From the NCBI GenBank assembly GCA_963676915.2, contig CAXXVK010000019.1:1-64000 (forward strand): a stretch of 64,000 nucleotides of DNA. Direction: 5' to 3'. Under the pieces are notes generated by a model. The model was not told the origin of the DNA, did not search any database, and saw nothing but the letters and a program-made list of their open reading frames with translations. This DNA comes from Myxococcota bacterium (GTDB taxonomy: Bacteria; Myxococcota_A; SURF-8; G963663525). Positions 41,451 to 51,987 of the stretch are shown piece after piece. The number at the start of each line of letters is the position of its first letter. Position 1 is the first letter of the stretch. Both the position numbers and the translations under genes were made by a program.

Positions 41451-41479
41451 GTAATAATCGTTAAAATGTTGTTTGTCAA
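41451..41479 (-). promoter_or_regulatory. sigma70 promoter of tRNA-Asn
   Basis: TTGACA-17 nt-TATTAC. Confidence 0.7.
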
Positions 41480-41675
41480 GAGGATTCTTTTCGGTCCGTT
41501 GAAAATGAGCTTTTTTCTACAGGAAAAATCAGGCGGGTATTGTTAAATTTCGAAAAAGTCTCTCTTTATGTCGGATTTGATTCATACACGTTGAACACTC
41601 GAAAAGGCAGATCGTAAACAAGCAACAGTGTATTTTGAACATGGTTATTTACGATTTTGACCAACACAATTGCCC

Positions 41676-41753
41676 GACCCGAATAATTCATGAAAAACCT
41701 GCTGAGATTTGAAAACGTTCTCGTTTCCCGATTTTTGTGAATTCTTCAGGTTG
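41676..41753. mobile_element. Degenerate, internally deleted copy of the 16758 MITE
   Basis: AATTCATGAAAAACCTGCTGAGATTTGAAAAC matches the 16.77 kb copy at 27/32. Shared CTCGTTTCCCGATTTTT; right end TGAATTCTTCAGG resembles the TIR. Confidence 0.6.
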
Positions 41754-41970
41754 TGGGAGTATCGGAATGTGTTTCAACAAACTTGTACTATGGTTTTGTA
41801 ATGATTCCTTCGTTTTCTAGAAATCGGAAAGCAGATGGTTTTGTTGACCGGATATGGAAAAATTGTTGAAAAGATTCACTGTTGTAGAAGCAAGCTTGTC
41901 GTTGGCGGTGGTCTTGTCTATACTTTCTTCGTATTTGGTGAATTCGTTTGTAAATAGTAAGGAATTGCGT

Positions 41971-44547
41971 ATGAGGATACGAACCAAATTCCTGGTTCCG
42001 GCGATTGTCGGGATGATGGTCCTTGGATGCACGGTCTATGTGATCGCCGCCAACGTGTTTCAGAGCACGATAGAAGAAAGCGTCAATCGCAGGATTCGAG
42101 ATCTGATTGCCGCCACAGAGCGGGAATCGGACCTGCTGGCAGAGCGCGCCGTGCAGCTTTCGAGTATCCTGGCCGATCTTCCCGAAGTAAAAGAAGCTTA
42201 CAAGTCGATGCAGGAGGGAAACCTCGATAACGAGAGTGACCCGGTAGTTCAAAAGGCTCGGGAAAAATTACGTCGGGATCTCGTGCGCTATCTTGCGTCA
42301 TTTCGGAACATGTCGCATGGAAACGTACTCAAGGCACATTTTCATTTGCCGACCATCCGAAGTTTTTTACGTGTATGGCGTACCAGGCAAGCATTGAGGG
42401 AAGGGCAATGGATCGACGTTTCGGACGATCTCAGTAGCTTTCGGCAAACCGTCGTTGTGGTCAATCAAAAACGAAGTCCCATCAAAGGGTTGGAATTGGG
42501 GCGAGGGGGATTCACCATTCGTGGGTTGGTCCCGATAACCATGGAAGATGGGCGTCACGCAGGGTCGGTAGAAGTTCTGTATGCCTACGAAGATGTTCTC
42601 CACAGTGTTCTCGATCCGGCCAATACTCGTTTTGCCCTATTCATGAATAAACGATTCCTTCCGATTACAACCGCTTTTGAAAATCGCGAGACTTTCCCTA
42701 TTGTGCCGGATGAGACGGGCGAATACGTATTGTTGGCTTCCACATTGGATAAAGATACAAAACCGCGTTTTCGAACGGAAACATTGTCTCGTGGATACGG
42801 ACAACGTTTTTCCGAACGGAGCGGTGACCTGTTTCGTGCCTATTTTCCCGTCAAAGATTACAATGGGAAACCCATTGGCGTCGTGCAGTTGGAAACGGAC
42901 ATTTCTGCCGTTCATCAAACGATGACGATGTTTCGCCTGTATGTGATAGGAACAACGATTGGGTTGATCGTTTTATTGACGTTTTTGCTCGTGCTGATCG
43001 GGCAGCGCATCACTCGTCCGGTGCAAGTGATGATGGATCGGCTCAATAATATCGCGTATGCCGATGGGGATTTGAGCAGCCGTTTGGTTGTTCGCAGTAC
43101 GGACGAAATCGGCGGCGTTGCGGTGCTTTTCAACGCTTTCGTGGCGAGGCTTCAGGCTTCGTTTTCCGAGATTACGGCAGATCTGGTGGAATTGCAGAAA
43201 AAAGTCAACGCTTTGCTTTCGAACGCGAGTCTACCAACCGGTGAAGCAAAAAACGACGCGAAGAAGGAAGACTCGCCGATTCAGGTTCATTCTATTGCCG
43301 AGGCCACGAGGGCTGTGGGTAAAATCATCGATAAAGTGGAAATCGCTATTGCTCAACGCAGCCGAATAGAAGAGGCACAGCGGCTCCTTGTGGCTATCGT
43401 CGAATCTTCCAACGATGCCATTATGGCGGTGGATCGGGAAGGTTGCATCCTTACATGGAACCTCGGGGCTACCCGGTTGTACGGGTATGAGGAAAAAGAG
43501 ATCCTCGGACAACCGCTGGCGACATTGATCGACGGCAGCCGTACGGAAGAATTGAAAAGTATCCGCGAGGCGATTGAAAGCGGCGTAGTATTTAGGAATT
43601 ACGAGACGATTCGTCGAACGAAAGAAGGCCGGAGTTTTCCTGTATCCATGCTGATTTCACCGATTCTCTCGGAAAGTGGGGAACGAAAAGGTGCGGCGGT
43701 TATCGAGCGAGATATTACCCGACGCAAAGAGCTGGAAAAGTCGGCGGAAATACGACGGAAACAGTTGATGCAAGCCGACAAGTTGGCTTCTCTGGGAACG
43801 CTGGTGGCGGGCATGGCTCACGAAATCAGCAATCCAAACAGTTTCATCATGCTCAATTCTCCGATTATTCTCGAAATCTGGCAAGGTGTATTGCCTGTAT
43901 TGGATCGCTACTACGAGGAAAACGGAGATTTCCAAATCGGAAAAATGAACTATTCCTCCTGTCGTGAATGGGTTCCGATGTTGCTGGAAGACATCGGAAA
44001 AGGTGCGGATAGGATCAAGGGTATTGTGAGTAATCTCAAGGACTTTGCTCGACAGGACATTTCTTCGATGGACCAGGATGTGGATCTGAATGAGGTTGTG
44101 GATTCTGCCATTACATTGACCGGTAACCGCCTGAAGAAAACCACACGAAAGCTGTCGGTTGAACTGGAAGAAAAGCTGCCGAAAGTAAAAGGCAATTTCC
44201 AGAGAATCGAGCAGGTGGTCATCAATTTGATCCTCAATGCTTGCGATGCTCTGCCCGATATGGACCGGGCCTTGCGGATTTCGACACGAATGGAAGAGGG
44301 AACTCCTACAAGGGTGCTGCTTTGCGTTGAGGATGAGGGCGAGGGAATTGAGTCGGAAATTATGGATCGCATCAAAGACCCGTTTTTCACGACCAAGCGC
44401 GAAAGTGGCGGAACGGGACTGGGGCTTTCGATTTCGGATGGAATCATCAAAGATCACGATGGCGTTTTGAGCTTCGATTCCATCGTGGGAAAAGGTACGA
44501 AAGTAACGATCGGTATTCCGGTTTCGGAGGATGGGACGGATCGATGA
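41971..44547 (+). CDS. Sensor histidine kinase (dCache-like periplasmic domain, HAMP, PAS, NtrB-like kinase)
   Basis: Two TM segments; DEIG..A..FN (HAMP); WNLGA..LYGY (PAS); GMAHEISNP H-box; NLILNA, DEGEG, PFFTTK, GTGLGL. Confidence 0.95.
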   Translation: MRIRTKFLVPAIVGMMVLGCTVYVIAANVFQSTIEESVNRRIRDLIAATERESDLLAERAVQLSSILADLPEVKEAYKSMQEGNLDNESDPVVQKAREKLRRDLVRYLASFRNMSHGNVLKAHFHLPTIRSFLRVWRTRQALREGQWIDVSDDLSSFRQTVVVVNQKRSPIKGLELGRGGFTIRGLVPITMEDGRHAGSVEVLYAYEDVLHSVLDPANTRFALFMNKRFLPITTAFENRETFPIVPDETGEYVLLASTLDKDTKPRFRTETLSRGYGQRFSERSGDLFRAYFPVKDYNGKPIGVVQLETDISAVHQTMTMFRLYVIGTTIGLIVLLTFLLVLIGQRITRPVQVMMDRLNNIAYADGDLSSRLVVRSTDEIGGVAVLFNAFVARLQASFSEITADLVELQKKVNALLSNASLPTGEAKNDAKKEDSPIQVHSIAEATRAVGKIIDKVEIAIAQRSRIEEAQRLLVAIVESSNDAIMAVDREGCILTWNLGATRLYGYEEKEILGQPLATLIDGSRTEELKSIREAIESGVVFRNYETIRRTKEGRSFPVSMLISPILSESGERKGAAVIERDITRRKELEKSAEIRRKQLMQADKLASLGTLVAGMAHEISNPNSFIMLNSPIILEIWQGVLPVLDRYYEENGDFQIGKMNYSSCREWVPMLLEDIGKGADRIKGIVSNLKDFARQDISSMDQDVDLNEVVDSAITLTGNRLKKTTRKLSVELEEKLPKVKGNFQRIEQVVINLILNACDALPDMDRALRISTRMEEGTPTRVLLCVEDEGEGIESEIMDRIKDPFFTTKRESGGTGLGLSISDGIIKDHDGVLSFDSIVGKGTKVTIGIPVSEDGTDR

Positions 44548-45950
44548 ATTCACAGATCAAACAACAGACGGTACTTTTGGTGGATGACGAAATCCAGATT
44601 CTGCGAAGCTACGAAATGACGTTGCGGATGGAAGGCTACACTCGTGTGATTTCCAATCAGGACAGCCGTGAAACACTGGCAGCCTTCAAAAAATCGCAGC
44701 CGAGTCTTGTATTGCTCGATCTAACGATGCCGCATGTATCCGGTGAAGAGTTGTTGAAAGATATCAAGGCTGACTCTCCACAGACGCCGGTGGTGATCAT
44801 TACCGGAAACGATGCCGTCGAAACGGCGGTGGATTGCATGAAGAACGGCGCCGAGGATTATCTCGTCAAGCCGGTTTCGAAAGATCGCCTCCTTCGTACC
44901 GTAGAGCGCGTTCTTGCCTCCAACGAGTGGCGGAAGCACGTTCAATTGCTCGAACGAAAAGTAAAATCTCCACAATTGGAAAATCCCGAGGCGTTTTCGG
45001 AAATCGTTACGAATCATTACAAAATGTTGTCCCTGTTCCGTTATGCCGAAACTATCGCCGATTCTTCCGAGCCGGTGTTGATCGTCGGAGATACAGGAGT
45101 CGGTAAAGAACTGATGGCGCAAGCCATATACAAAGCGGGAGGTAGTAGAGGAGAGTTCGTCGCCGTAAATATCGCAGGAGTCAATGAACAGGTATTCGAC
45201 GATACGCTTTTCGGGCACATCAAAGGAGCTTTTACCGGGGCTGAAAAATCGCGAGCCGGGTTGGTCGAAAAAGCGTCGGGAGGCACGCTTTTCCTCGATG
45301 AAATCGGTGACTTGCCTATGGAATCGCAAGTAAAGCTATTACGACTGATTCAGGAAGGGGAGTATTTTCCGTTGGGTCAGGACATTCCGAAAAGTGCGGA
45401 TATTCGTATTGTTGCGGCAACCAATCAACCGTTGCAAACACGTTGCGAAGCGGGAACATTTCGTAAAGACCTGTTTTTCCGTCTCAACACGCACAATATT
45501 GCTTTGCCGCCTTTGAGCGAGCGAGCCTGCGACATCCCCTTGCTTGTCGAGGTGTTTCTTCAGGAAGCCACAAAAAGTCGTCCTGATGCCGTAGAACTGG
45601 AATTCGAGACGATTCTACCGGATCTCGTTGCGTATGCATTTCCCGGCAATGTCCGAGAATTGCGCTCGATGGTTTTCGATGCCGTAGCCAGTGGGTCGCT
45701 TGATGTTCTCGCCGAACGATTGGGAACGAATCGCGAGAAATGTCTTCTTCAACCACTACCTGAGGTTTGCAGAGATCAGCAACAAGGCCAGCTTGCCTTT
45801 CCACAATCTTTGCCGACGATGGAAGACGCCAAGGATATGCTTATCGAAGAAGCTTTGAGACGTAGCGGTGGAAACAAAACCATGGCGGCAAAATTGCTGG
45901 GAATGACACGACAGGCGTTGAATAAGCGATTGAGGAAAAACGAAGTGTAA
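44544..45950 (+). CDS. sigma54-dependent response regulator (NtrC family)
   Basis: Receiver domain; GDTGVGKE, LFGHIKGAFTGA, LFLDEIG, FPGNVREL; Fis-type HTH. Confidence 0.97.
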   Translation: MNSQIKQQTVLLVDDEIQILRSYEMTLRMEGYTRVISNQDSRETLAAFKKSQPSLVLLDLTMPHVSGEELLKDIKADSPQTPVVIITGNDAVETAVDCMKNGAEDYLVKPVSKDRLLRTVERVLASNEWRKHVQLLERKVKSPQLENPEAFSEIVTNHYKMLSLFRYAETIADSSEPVLIVGDTGVGKELMAQAIYKAGGSRGEFVAVNIAGVNEQVFDDTLFGHIKGAFTGAEKSRAGLVEKASGGTLFLDEIGDLPMESQVKLLRLIQEGEYFPLGQDIPKSADIRIVAATNQPLQTRCEAGTFRKDLFFRLNTHNIALPPLSERACDIPLLVEVFLQEATKSRPDAVELEFETILPDLVAYAFPGNVRELRSMVFDAVASGSLDVLAERLGTNREKCLLQPLPEVCRDQQQGQLAFPQSLPTMEDAKDMLIEEALRRSGGNKTMAAKLLGMTRQALNKRLRKNEV

Positions 45951-46056
45951 CGGAAACATTTTTCCCGCCTCGGTAATTTTCGTTCCATCAACTGAAAGTT
46001 CTTGAAATTTCTCGTTTTTATGGAAAGTTTCCAAAATCGCGGAAACTAAGTTTCCG
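45951..46056 (+). promoter_or_regulatory. Candidate enhancer (UAS) palindromes for the NtrC-type activator
   Basis: Perfect CGGAAAC-TAA-GTTTCCG (46040-46056); TGGAAA-G-TTTCCA (46021-46033); degenerate copies at 45951 and 45971. Confidence 0.55.
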
Positions 46057-46134
46057 GAATCCCGAGTTTTCCTTCCTAATGTTGAAAATCTCTTAACGTA
46101 TTGAAAATATAGAGCAAACATCCTTTTTGTAGGC

Positions 46135-46150
46135 TGGCATTTCTTTTGCT
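46135..46150 (+). promoter_or_regulatory. sigma54 -24/-12 promoter
   Basis: TGGCAT-TTCTT-TTGCT with GG and GC 12 nt apart, directly after an NtrC gene. IHF-like TTTCAA-TACG-TTA on the minus strand near 46097-46109. Confidence 0.8.
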
Positions 46151-46204
46151 CTATCTGGTGCTCATTGACCATGCCGTCCGATGCGGCGGCTTGAATTGGA
46201 TGCA

Positions 46205-46615
46205 ATGAACGCCAGCCCTCACATTTTAATCGTAGACAACCAGCGAAGCATACGCTTTTCGGTTCGGTTATCGCTGGAATCGATCGGCTACGCCGTCACG
46301 GTCCGTTCCATGGAAGCGGCTTTCGAAGCGCTTCAAGCCAATTCCACACCCTACGATCTGCTCATTGCCGATTTTCAAATCGAGACGATGAACTGCACGG
46401 ATTTTATCTCAAAGCTTCGAACCTATCGAAACGACTTGCCTATTTTACTGCTGGTCGGTACGCGCTGCCGTAAAGAGATCGAAAAACTTTCTCGACTCCC
46501 GGCTATTCATCTTTTGCAAAAGCCATTGGATCGTAGCCGCCTTTTCACTTCCGTTCAAACGGTGCTTGGCGGAAACGAGACGGATTCTTCCTCTAAAAAT
46601 TCCCATCAGTCTTGA
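46205..46615 (+). CDS. Single-domain response regulator receiver (atypical)
   Basis: HILIVDNQ, DLLIADFQI, LQKP; conserved Thr/Ser appears replaced (LLVG). Confidence 0.75.
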   Translation: MNASPHILIVDNQRSIRFSVRLSLESIGYAVTVRSMEAAFEALQANSTPYDLLIADFQIETMNCTDFISKLRTYRNDLPILLLVGTRCRKEIEKLSRLPAIHLLQKPLDRSRLFTSVQTVLGGNETDSSSKNSHQS

Positions 46616-46637
46616 AGAATGTGAAAGGAGTTCCTGC

Positions 46638-47954
46638 ATGTTTCAAACGCAACGACCGAAACCATTGATTGGATTCAAACGATTTGTTCTCGTGATTTGT
46701 GTGTTCTTTCTGGGATTCGGTTCTTTGGCATATGCTCAGGAACCTACAGACGAAAAAAGCAAAGTGGAGCCTGCCTCACAACCGCTGAAAGCAAAGCCTC
46801 TCAAGCTGGAAAGCTCCGACGGCAGGTTGTCGATGGTCTTCGGCTTTGCGGCACAAATGCAATATGACGCTACTTGGAGCAACGTCAATGAGGCGAATGC
46901 TTCCAAAACGTCGTTTGACCATCTGTTCACTTTCAAAAGAATTCAGCCGAGTATCAAAGGTCATTTGTTCAGTAAAGACCTTACCTACAAATTCCAAATA
47001 GAAACGATTCCCGGAAAAATCACCCTGATGGACCTGTTCCTCGATTACAAAGCCAACGAGCAGGTTCGGTTCCGTATGGGTGCTCACAAGCCTGGATTCT
47101 CTCGTAAGCGTATGAATTCATGGAAGAATCAACAGTTGGTCGATTTTTCCAACGCTCCGCGATACTACGGCACCGAGAGGGCGCTTGGACTCACGATGCA
47201 CAACGGATACGGCAAAAAAACCGAGCATGAATACGAGATCGGTGTGTACGGCGGTATGCCTTGGCGTCCCAATTGCGCCAAAGGAATCGCTACCGTCAGC
47301 AAACGAGGCATGGACAATCCAAGCCTCTTATCCGATAAAAGCAAGCCGTACAACGAGCTTCACCCGGAAATCATCGGCCATTACGCCTATAACGCCAACG
47401 GGATCGATGTGTCCACCGAAACAGACTGGGAGAGACGAGACTTTCGCTATTCTCTAGGTATCGGTTTTTCTTACGATTTCCGCCCCCAACCGTTCCGTGA
47501 TCCAGCAGCGCGCACGGCGGTCGAAGCGATGATCAAGTCCCACGGATTCAACTTTTTCGGAACGTTCTTCACGGCTTTCCACGATCCTAAATCCGGCCTT
47601 GCCACGGACATCGAACCGGCATTTATCGGTGGATTCGCGCAGGTGGGATACCTCTTCCCGGTTCCGGTCGAAGTGGCCTTGCGCTATTTCGGCAACATGA
47701 CGATGAAAGATTTTCGGGACAGTTCCAAAGCCAATGCCACGGCACAAATCGCGGCTGATGCCGCCCTGGCGAGCCAGTACAAAGGCGCGGGCGACTTGAA
47801 AAGCGAGCATGAGCTTGCCGCCGGTTTCAATTATTACCCCTTCGGTCGTCACGTAAAGCTGGCTACGGACGTTAGCTGGATCATGAAGGATTACGACTCC
47901 AAAGATGCTCAAAGCGACGCCCGCTGGCGAATGCTGATGCAGTTCTACTTCTAA
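46638..47954 (+). CDS. OprO/OprP-like (anion-selective) porin
   Basis: AAAGGAG RBS; signal peptide; FKRIQPSIKG, RFRMG.HK.GFSR, RALG.T.H, AGFNYY..GRHVKL, terminal MQFYF. Confidence 0.8.
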   Translation: MFQTQRPKPLIGFKRFVLVICVFFLGFGSLAYAQEPTDEKSKVEPASQPLKAKPLKLESSDGRLSMVFGFAAQMQYDATWSNVNEANASKTSFDHLFTFKRIQPSIKGHLFSKDLTYKFQIETIPGKITLMDLFLDYKANEQVRFRMGAHKPGFSRKRMNSWKNQQLVDFSNAPRYYGTERALGLTMHNGYGKKTEHEYEIGVYGGMPWRPNCAKGIATVSKRGMDNPSLLSDKSKPYNELHPEIIGHYAYNANGIDVSTETDWERRDFRYSLGIGFSYDFRPQPFRDPAARTAVEAMIKSHGFNFFGTFFTAFHDPKSGLATDIEPAFIGGFAQVGYLFPVPVEVALRYFGNMTMKDFRDSSKANATAQIAADAALASQYKGAGDLKSEHELAAGFNYYPFGRHVKLATDVSWIMKDYDSKDAQSDARWRMLMQFYF

Positions 47955-47988
47955 AATCCCATAAACCTCCCAAAAAGGAGCCTACAAA

Positions 47989-49344
47989 ATGAAACGAGCG
48001 GTGAACCTGGCGGTATTTGTCTTATTGACGGCGATGTTGGTGCTGGCCACGGGATCTCTGGCCAGTGTACATGCACAGGCCGATGGCGGATCGACTTCCT
48101 TGATTCGTAACGAGATGCCCGAGCGTATTCAACAGGCGATTCAAAAGAGCCTTGAAAATCCCACCCATGCGGCGAAAACGAAAGAAGTAATCAAACCGGC
48201 AGAAAATCCGGGGCTTTTCGGTATTCCCGGCGCTCCGAATCCCTCCTATTTTCTGGGGTTCCTCTGGGCTATCTGGGTTGGTTGGATCTTTTCGACGGTC
48301 GGTGCATTCGGTGGAATCATGGCCGGTGTCGGGCACATCACGATTTTCGGTCTGGGTGATTACGCCAAAAGCTTTGGCAGCGGAAATCCGCTGAACAAGC
48401 TGTTGACCGATAGCATTCGCGTGTCCAACCAATGGCTTGTGGGAATCAGCGGAGCGATTTCGAGTTTCAACTACTACAAAATGAAACGGTTGGTTCTACC
48501 GATTGCCGTTAGCCTCGCGGTGGGGTCTGTTGCCGGTTCCTACTTGGCCCCGCGACTGACCGCCGGACAGGTCAACCTTAAAGACTACCTGGGATTTTTC
48601 GGGCTGATCGTGTTGATTCTCGGAGGGTACCTGTTTTACCAGACGACGCCTCGTGGGCGTGCCAAGCAGAAAGCGGCCAAAGCAGCGGCTGAAGCTTTTG
48701 AAAAAGCCCAGAAAGAAAAGAAATCCGACGATGACAGCGTAGAAGGCGTAGAAGTGCTGGAAGGCAGCATGGGGATGATGTTCGGAGCCTTGGCGCTCGT
48801 ACTTGTCGGCGTTTTGTTCGGAAACCTTGGAGAAAATCTGTTCGAAGGCGCGTTGTACGTAAGTTACGGCATCGTCGGCTTGGGATTGTCTCTGATGTTT
48901 TTCCTTCCCAAGAAAAACATCCGTTTCACATTCTTCGGTGTCGAGTTCGGATTCAAAGCGTACATTCCCGCCGTAGGTGGTTTTTTTATCGCCGCTATCG
49001 CCAGTTTCCTGGGGGTTGGCGGTGGATTCCTGCTGGTTCCTTTCCTGACCAGCGTGGCAGGATTGCCGATGTTCCTGGTTGCCGGAACCAGTGCGCTGGC
49101 CGTGCTCGTCGGGATGATCGTCAGTATCTTCACCTACATCGTGGGTAAGGGCGTTATCGTTCCCTGGACGTTGATCGGTGTGGAATTGATCGGAATTTTC
49201 GTCGGTTCGATGATCGGACCGCGAACTCAGAAATACATCCCCGATATCTGGCTGAAACGGCTGTTTATCGTCCTCGCATTTTATGTGGGTATTCGATACT
49301 GCACGAAGGGCTTTTTGGGATACAGCATTCTTCCGCCGTTTTGA
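47989..49344 (+). CDS. TauE/SafE-family sulfite/sulfur-oxyanion transporter
   Basis: WVGWIFSTVGAFGG and FLGVGGGFLLVP repeats; GTS; many TM segments. Confidence 0.88.
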   Translation: MKRAVNLAVFVLLTAMLVLATGSLASVHAQADGGSTSLIRNEMPERIQQAIQKSLENPTHAAKTKEVIKPAENPGLFGIPGAPNPSYFLGFLWAIWVGWIFSTVGAFGGIMAGVGHITIFGLGDYAKSFGSGNPLNKLLTDSIRVSNQWLVGISGAISSFNYYKMKRLVLPIAVSLAVGSVAGSYLAPRLTAGQVNLKDYLGFFGLIVLILGGYLFYQTTPRGRAKQKAAKAAAEAFEKAQKEKKSDDDSVEGVEVLEGSMGMMFGALALVLVGVLFGNLGENLFEGALYVSYGIVGLGLSLMFFLPKKNIRFTFFGVEFGFKAYIPAVGGFFIAAIASFLGVGGGFLLVPFLTSVAGLPMFLVAGTSALAVLVGMIVSIFTYIVGKGVIVPWTLIGVELIGIFVGSMIGPRTQKYIPDIWLKRLFIVLAFYVGIRYCTKGFLGYSILPPF

Positions 49345-49368
49345 TCGTCAGAAAGAGGAGCGGCCTGC

Positions 49369-49890
49369 ATGAGCACTCTGGAACATATCATCTTTCAGCC
49401 GTTTCTCTGGGTCGGCGAGCCGATCTCGGCCTTTTGGCTGGGATCGGCGACGCTGGCTCTTATCGCTCTTGCCATGGGACAGGTTACGGCCAAAGTTGCG
49501 TTGGCGGTGAACGGGAGTCATCTCGACCGTCATGTTGCAGATGCCCAGTCCTATGAAAACACGTATCTGGAGATGCTGAAGCAGGGTGAGGCGGAACATC
49601 GTTCCGGTGTCAACCAATTGGCGAACGAAGCTTTCGGCAAGGCGTTTTTCATGGGGATTGCCATTAGCGCCGCCAGTCTCTGGCCATTGTTTCTCGCCGC
49701 CGGGTGGATCGACGCACGTTTTGCGGGGATACGTCTTCCCATCGCAGGATTGAATACGAGTCTGAGCAATATTGCTCCATTGATTATTGCCTATATCGTT
49801 TTTTACATTCTTTTCGTAAAAATGGGTAAAATGATGCGAAAATTCCGAACGAGTCGTGCCGATACCAGTGGAAAACGAGGTGACCGATGA
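49369..49890 (+). CDS. Small membrane protein of the TauE-molybdoenzyme cluster
   Basis: GAGGAG RBS; about 3 TM segments; NQLANEAFGK.FF; ATGA overlap with the next gene. Confidence 0.75.
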   Translation: MSTLEHIIFQPFLWVGEPISAFWLGSATLALIALAMGQVTAKVALAVNGSHLDRHVADAQSYENTYLEMLKQGEAEHRSGVNQLANEAFGKAFFMGIAISAASLWPLFLAAGWIDARFAGIRLPIAGLNTSLSNIAPLIIAYIVFYILFVKMGKMMRKFRTSRADTSGKRGDR

Positions 49891-51977
49891 GGAAGTCTGT
49901 TTATACGTTGTGTGGAATGTGTTCGGTTCGCTGTCCGATTCGTTGCGAAGTCGAAGACGGTCGCGTCGTCTGGGTGGAAGGAAATCCCTATCTTTTGGAC
50001 GGAGCATTGTGCGGCAAAGGTTCCGCCGGTCCGAACATGATCTATCGCGAGGAACGTCCGCAAGGACCGATGATTCGTCAGGGAAAACGCGGCAGCGGAC
50101 AATGGAAACGAGTAGGCTGGGATGAAGCCCTGGACTATACGGCCGAAAAGCTTTCGAAAATTATCGAAAGGTTCGGTGGACGCTCGGTGCTGTTCAGTTG
50201 TCGAGGCGGTCCTTTTCAGGATTTGCCGAAAACGTTTCTAAAAGCATTGGGATCGCCCAATTACACCAACCACGATGCTGCGTGCGGAATCAACGTTCAT
50301 CACGCAAGTCAGTCGGTGTATGGTTTGGGTCGAAAAGGTTTCGGGTATGACATCAAGAATGCGAAGCATCTGGTTGTGCTCGGACGGAACCTGTTGGAAT
50401 CGCTGCAAGTCGGCGAAGCTCGCAATGTGATCCACGCACTGAAAAACGGGATGAAACTCACGTACATCGACGTACGGGCGACGGTTACGGCGAGCAAGGC
50501 GTCACGGTTCTGGATGATTCGTCCCGGTACGGATTACGCGCTGCTTCTTGGACTGATTCGCGAAATTCTCGAACAAAAAGCCTACGATGTAGATTTTATA
50601 TCCAAATATACCCTTGGTCTGGACTATTTGGAGGCGTCCACCAAACATTACACGCCTGAGTGGGTCGAGCATCAGACCGGCATTCCCGCCGAGCAGATTC
50701 GGGAATTCGTTCGGGAAATCGCAGGGCAGCGTCCTCAGGTGATTTTCCATCCTGGGTGGATGTTTTCCCGGTATCGCAACAGTTTTTACGTCAGTCGTGC
50801 GCTTCACATCCTGAATGTCCTGATGGGTAATATCGAAGTCGAAGGCGGACAGATTTTGATGAAAGGCATGTCGGATGCCGGATACGAAGGTTTAAACGCT
50901 CTAGCGGATCGTCTGCCGTCACCGAGAGACAAGCGGGCTGATGGAGTTGGCTGGAAATACAAGCATTTCGATTCCGGTCCGGGATTGTACCAGCTATTTC
51001 AGAACGCCATCATGAACGGCGAACCGTATCCGTTGAAAGCTTACTTCTTTTATCGGCATGACCCGCTTGTCTGTTTCCCGGACCGGGAAGCGCAACTTAC
51101 GATGCTGGATCGTATGGACTTGCTGGTGTCCATCGATGCCAAATATGGTGAAACGACCTGGTACGCCGACGTAATTTTACCAAACTCGACATATCTGGAA
51201 AAAGGATCGCCGATTGCTGTCAAAAAAGGGCCGAAACCACTATTGATTCGGCGCAAGCAAGTTGTCGAGCCGGTTCACGACAGCAAACCCGAATGGTGGA
51301 TTTTCAAAGAGTTGGCCAAACGACTTGGCCATGCCGAGGCTTTCCCTTACGAAACCGTTGAGGATCTCTGGCGTTTTCAACTCGAAGGAACTGGGATCGA
51401 ACTGGAGGATTTCGACGAGAAGGGTTATGTCCAACTGGCGGACGAATCGATTATGGCAGATCGGGAGACACTAAAATTTTCCACGCCAAGCGGGAAAATC
51501 GAATTTAAATCCGGCAAGCTCGATGATGCCGGATTTGAATCCTTGCCCCCCTATCAGGAACCGGAAACACCACCGGAACAGGCGTTTCGGCTCATTTTCG
51601 GACGACATGCGATTCATGCACACGCACACACCCAAAACAATGAATATCTTCACGAGGTTATGCCGCACAACCAGCTATGGATCAACAGCGAAAAAGCCAA
51701 GGAACTGGATATCCGTTCCGGTGATGACGTGTTGGTCAGTTGCATGGGTGGCGCTACCCGATTCAAGACCAAAGCCATGGTGACCGATGCCATCCATCCC
51801 GATGCTGTGTTTACCTATCATGGATTCGGGCGTACGGTGCCGATTCTCAAACGGGCTTATGCCTGTGGAATGGCGGACCAGCGGCTTTGCAAAGGAAAAC
51901 TGACCGATTTCGATCCGGTCGGTGGGGGTATCGCCAATCAGGAAACGTTCGTGAAGATTCGCAAGATTGCGTCATAA
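49887..51977 (+). CDS. Thiosulfate/polysulfide reductase-like molybdopterin oxidoreductase (PhsA/PsrA type), no Tat signal
   Basis: CGMCSVRC...LCGKG FeS motif at the extreme N-terminus; HDAAC (likely Mo ligand Cys); IRPGTDYA; ADVILP..TYLE; C-terminal MopB_CT. Confidence 0.9.
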   Translation: MRKSVYTLCGMCSVRCPIRCEVEDGRVVWVEGNPYLLDGALCGKGSAGPNMIYREERPQGPMIRQGKRGSGQWKRVGWDEALDYTAEKLSKIIERFGGRSVLFSCRGGPFQDLPKTFLKALGSPNYTNHDAACGINVHHASQSVYGLGRKGFGYDIKNAKHLVVLGRNLLESLQVGEARNVIHALKNGMKLTYIDVRATVTASKASRFWMIRPGTDYALLLGLIREILEQKAYDVDFISKYTLGLDYLEASTKHYTPEWVEHQTGIPAEQIREFVREIAGQRPQVIFHPGWMFSRYRNSFYVSRALHILNVLMGNIEVEGGQILMKGMSDAGYEGLNALADRLPSPRDKRADGVGWKYKHFDSGPGLYQLFQNAIMNGEPYPLKAYFFYRHDPLVCFPDREAQLTMLDRMDLLVSIDAKYGETTWYADVILPNSTYLEKGSPIAVKKGPKPLLIRRKQVVEPVHDSKPEWWIFKELAKRLGHAEAFPYETVEDLWRFQLEGTGIELEDFDEKGYVQLADESIMADRETLKFSTPSGKIEFKSGKLDDAGFESLPPYQEPETPPEQAFRLIFGRHAIHAHAHTQNNEYLHEVMPHNQLWINSEKAKELDIRSGDDVLVSCMGGATRFKTKAMVTDAIHPDAVFTYHGFGRTVPILKRAYACGMADQRLCKGKLTDFDPVGGGIANQETFVKIRKIAS

Positions 51978-51987
51978 GGGATGAATT

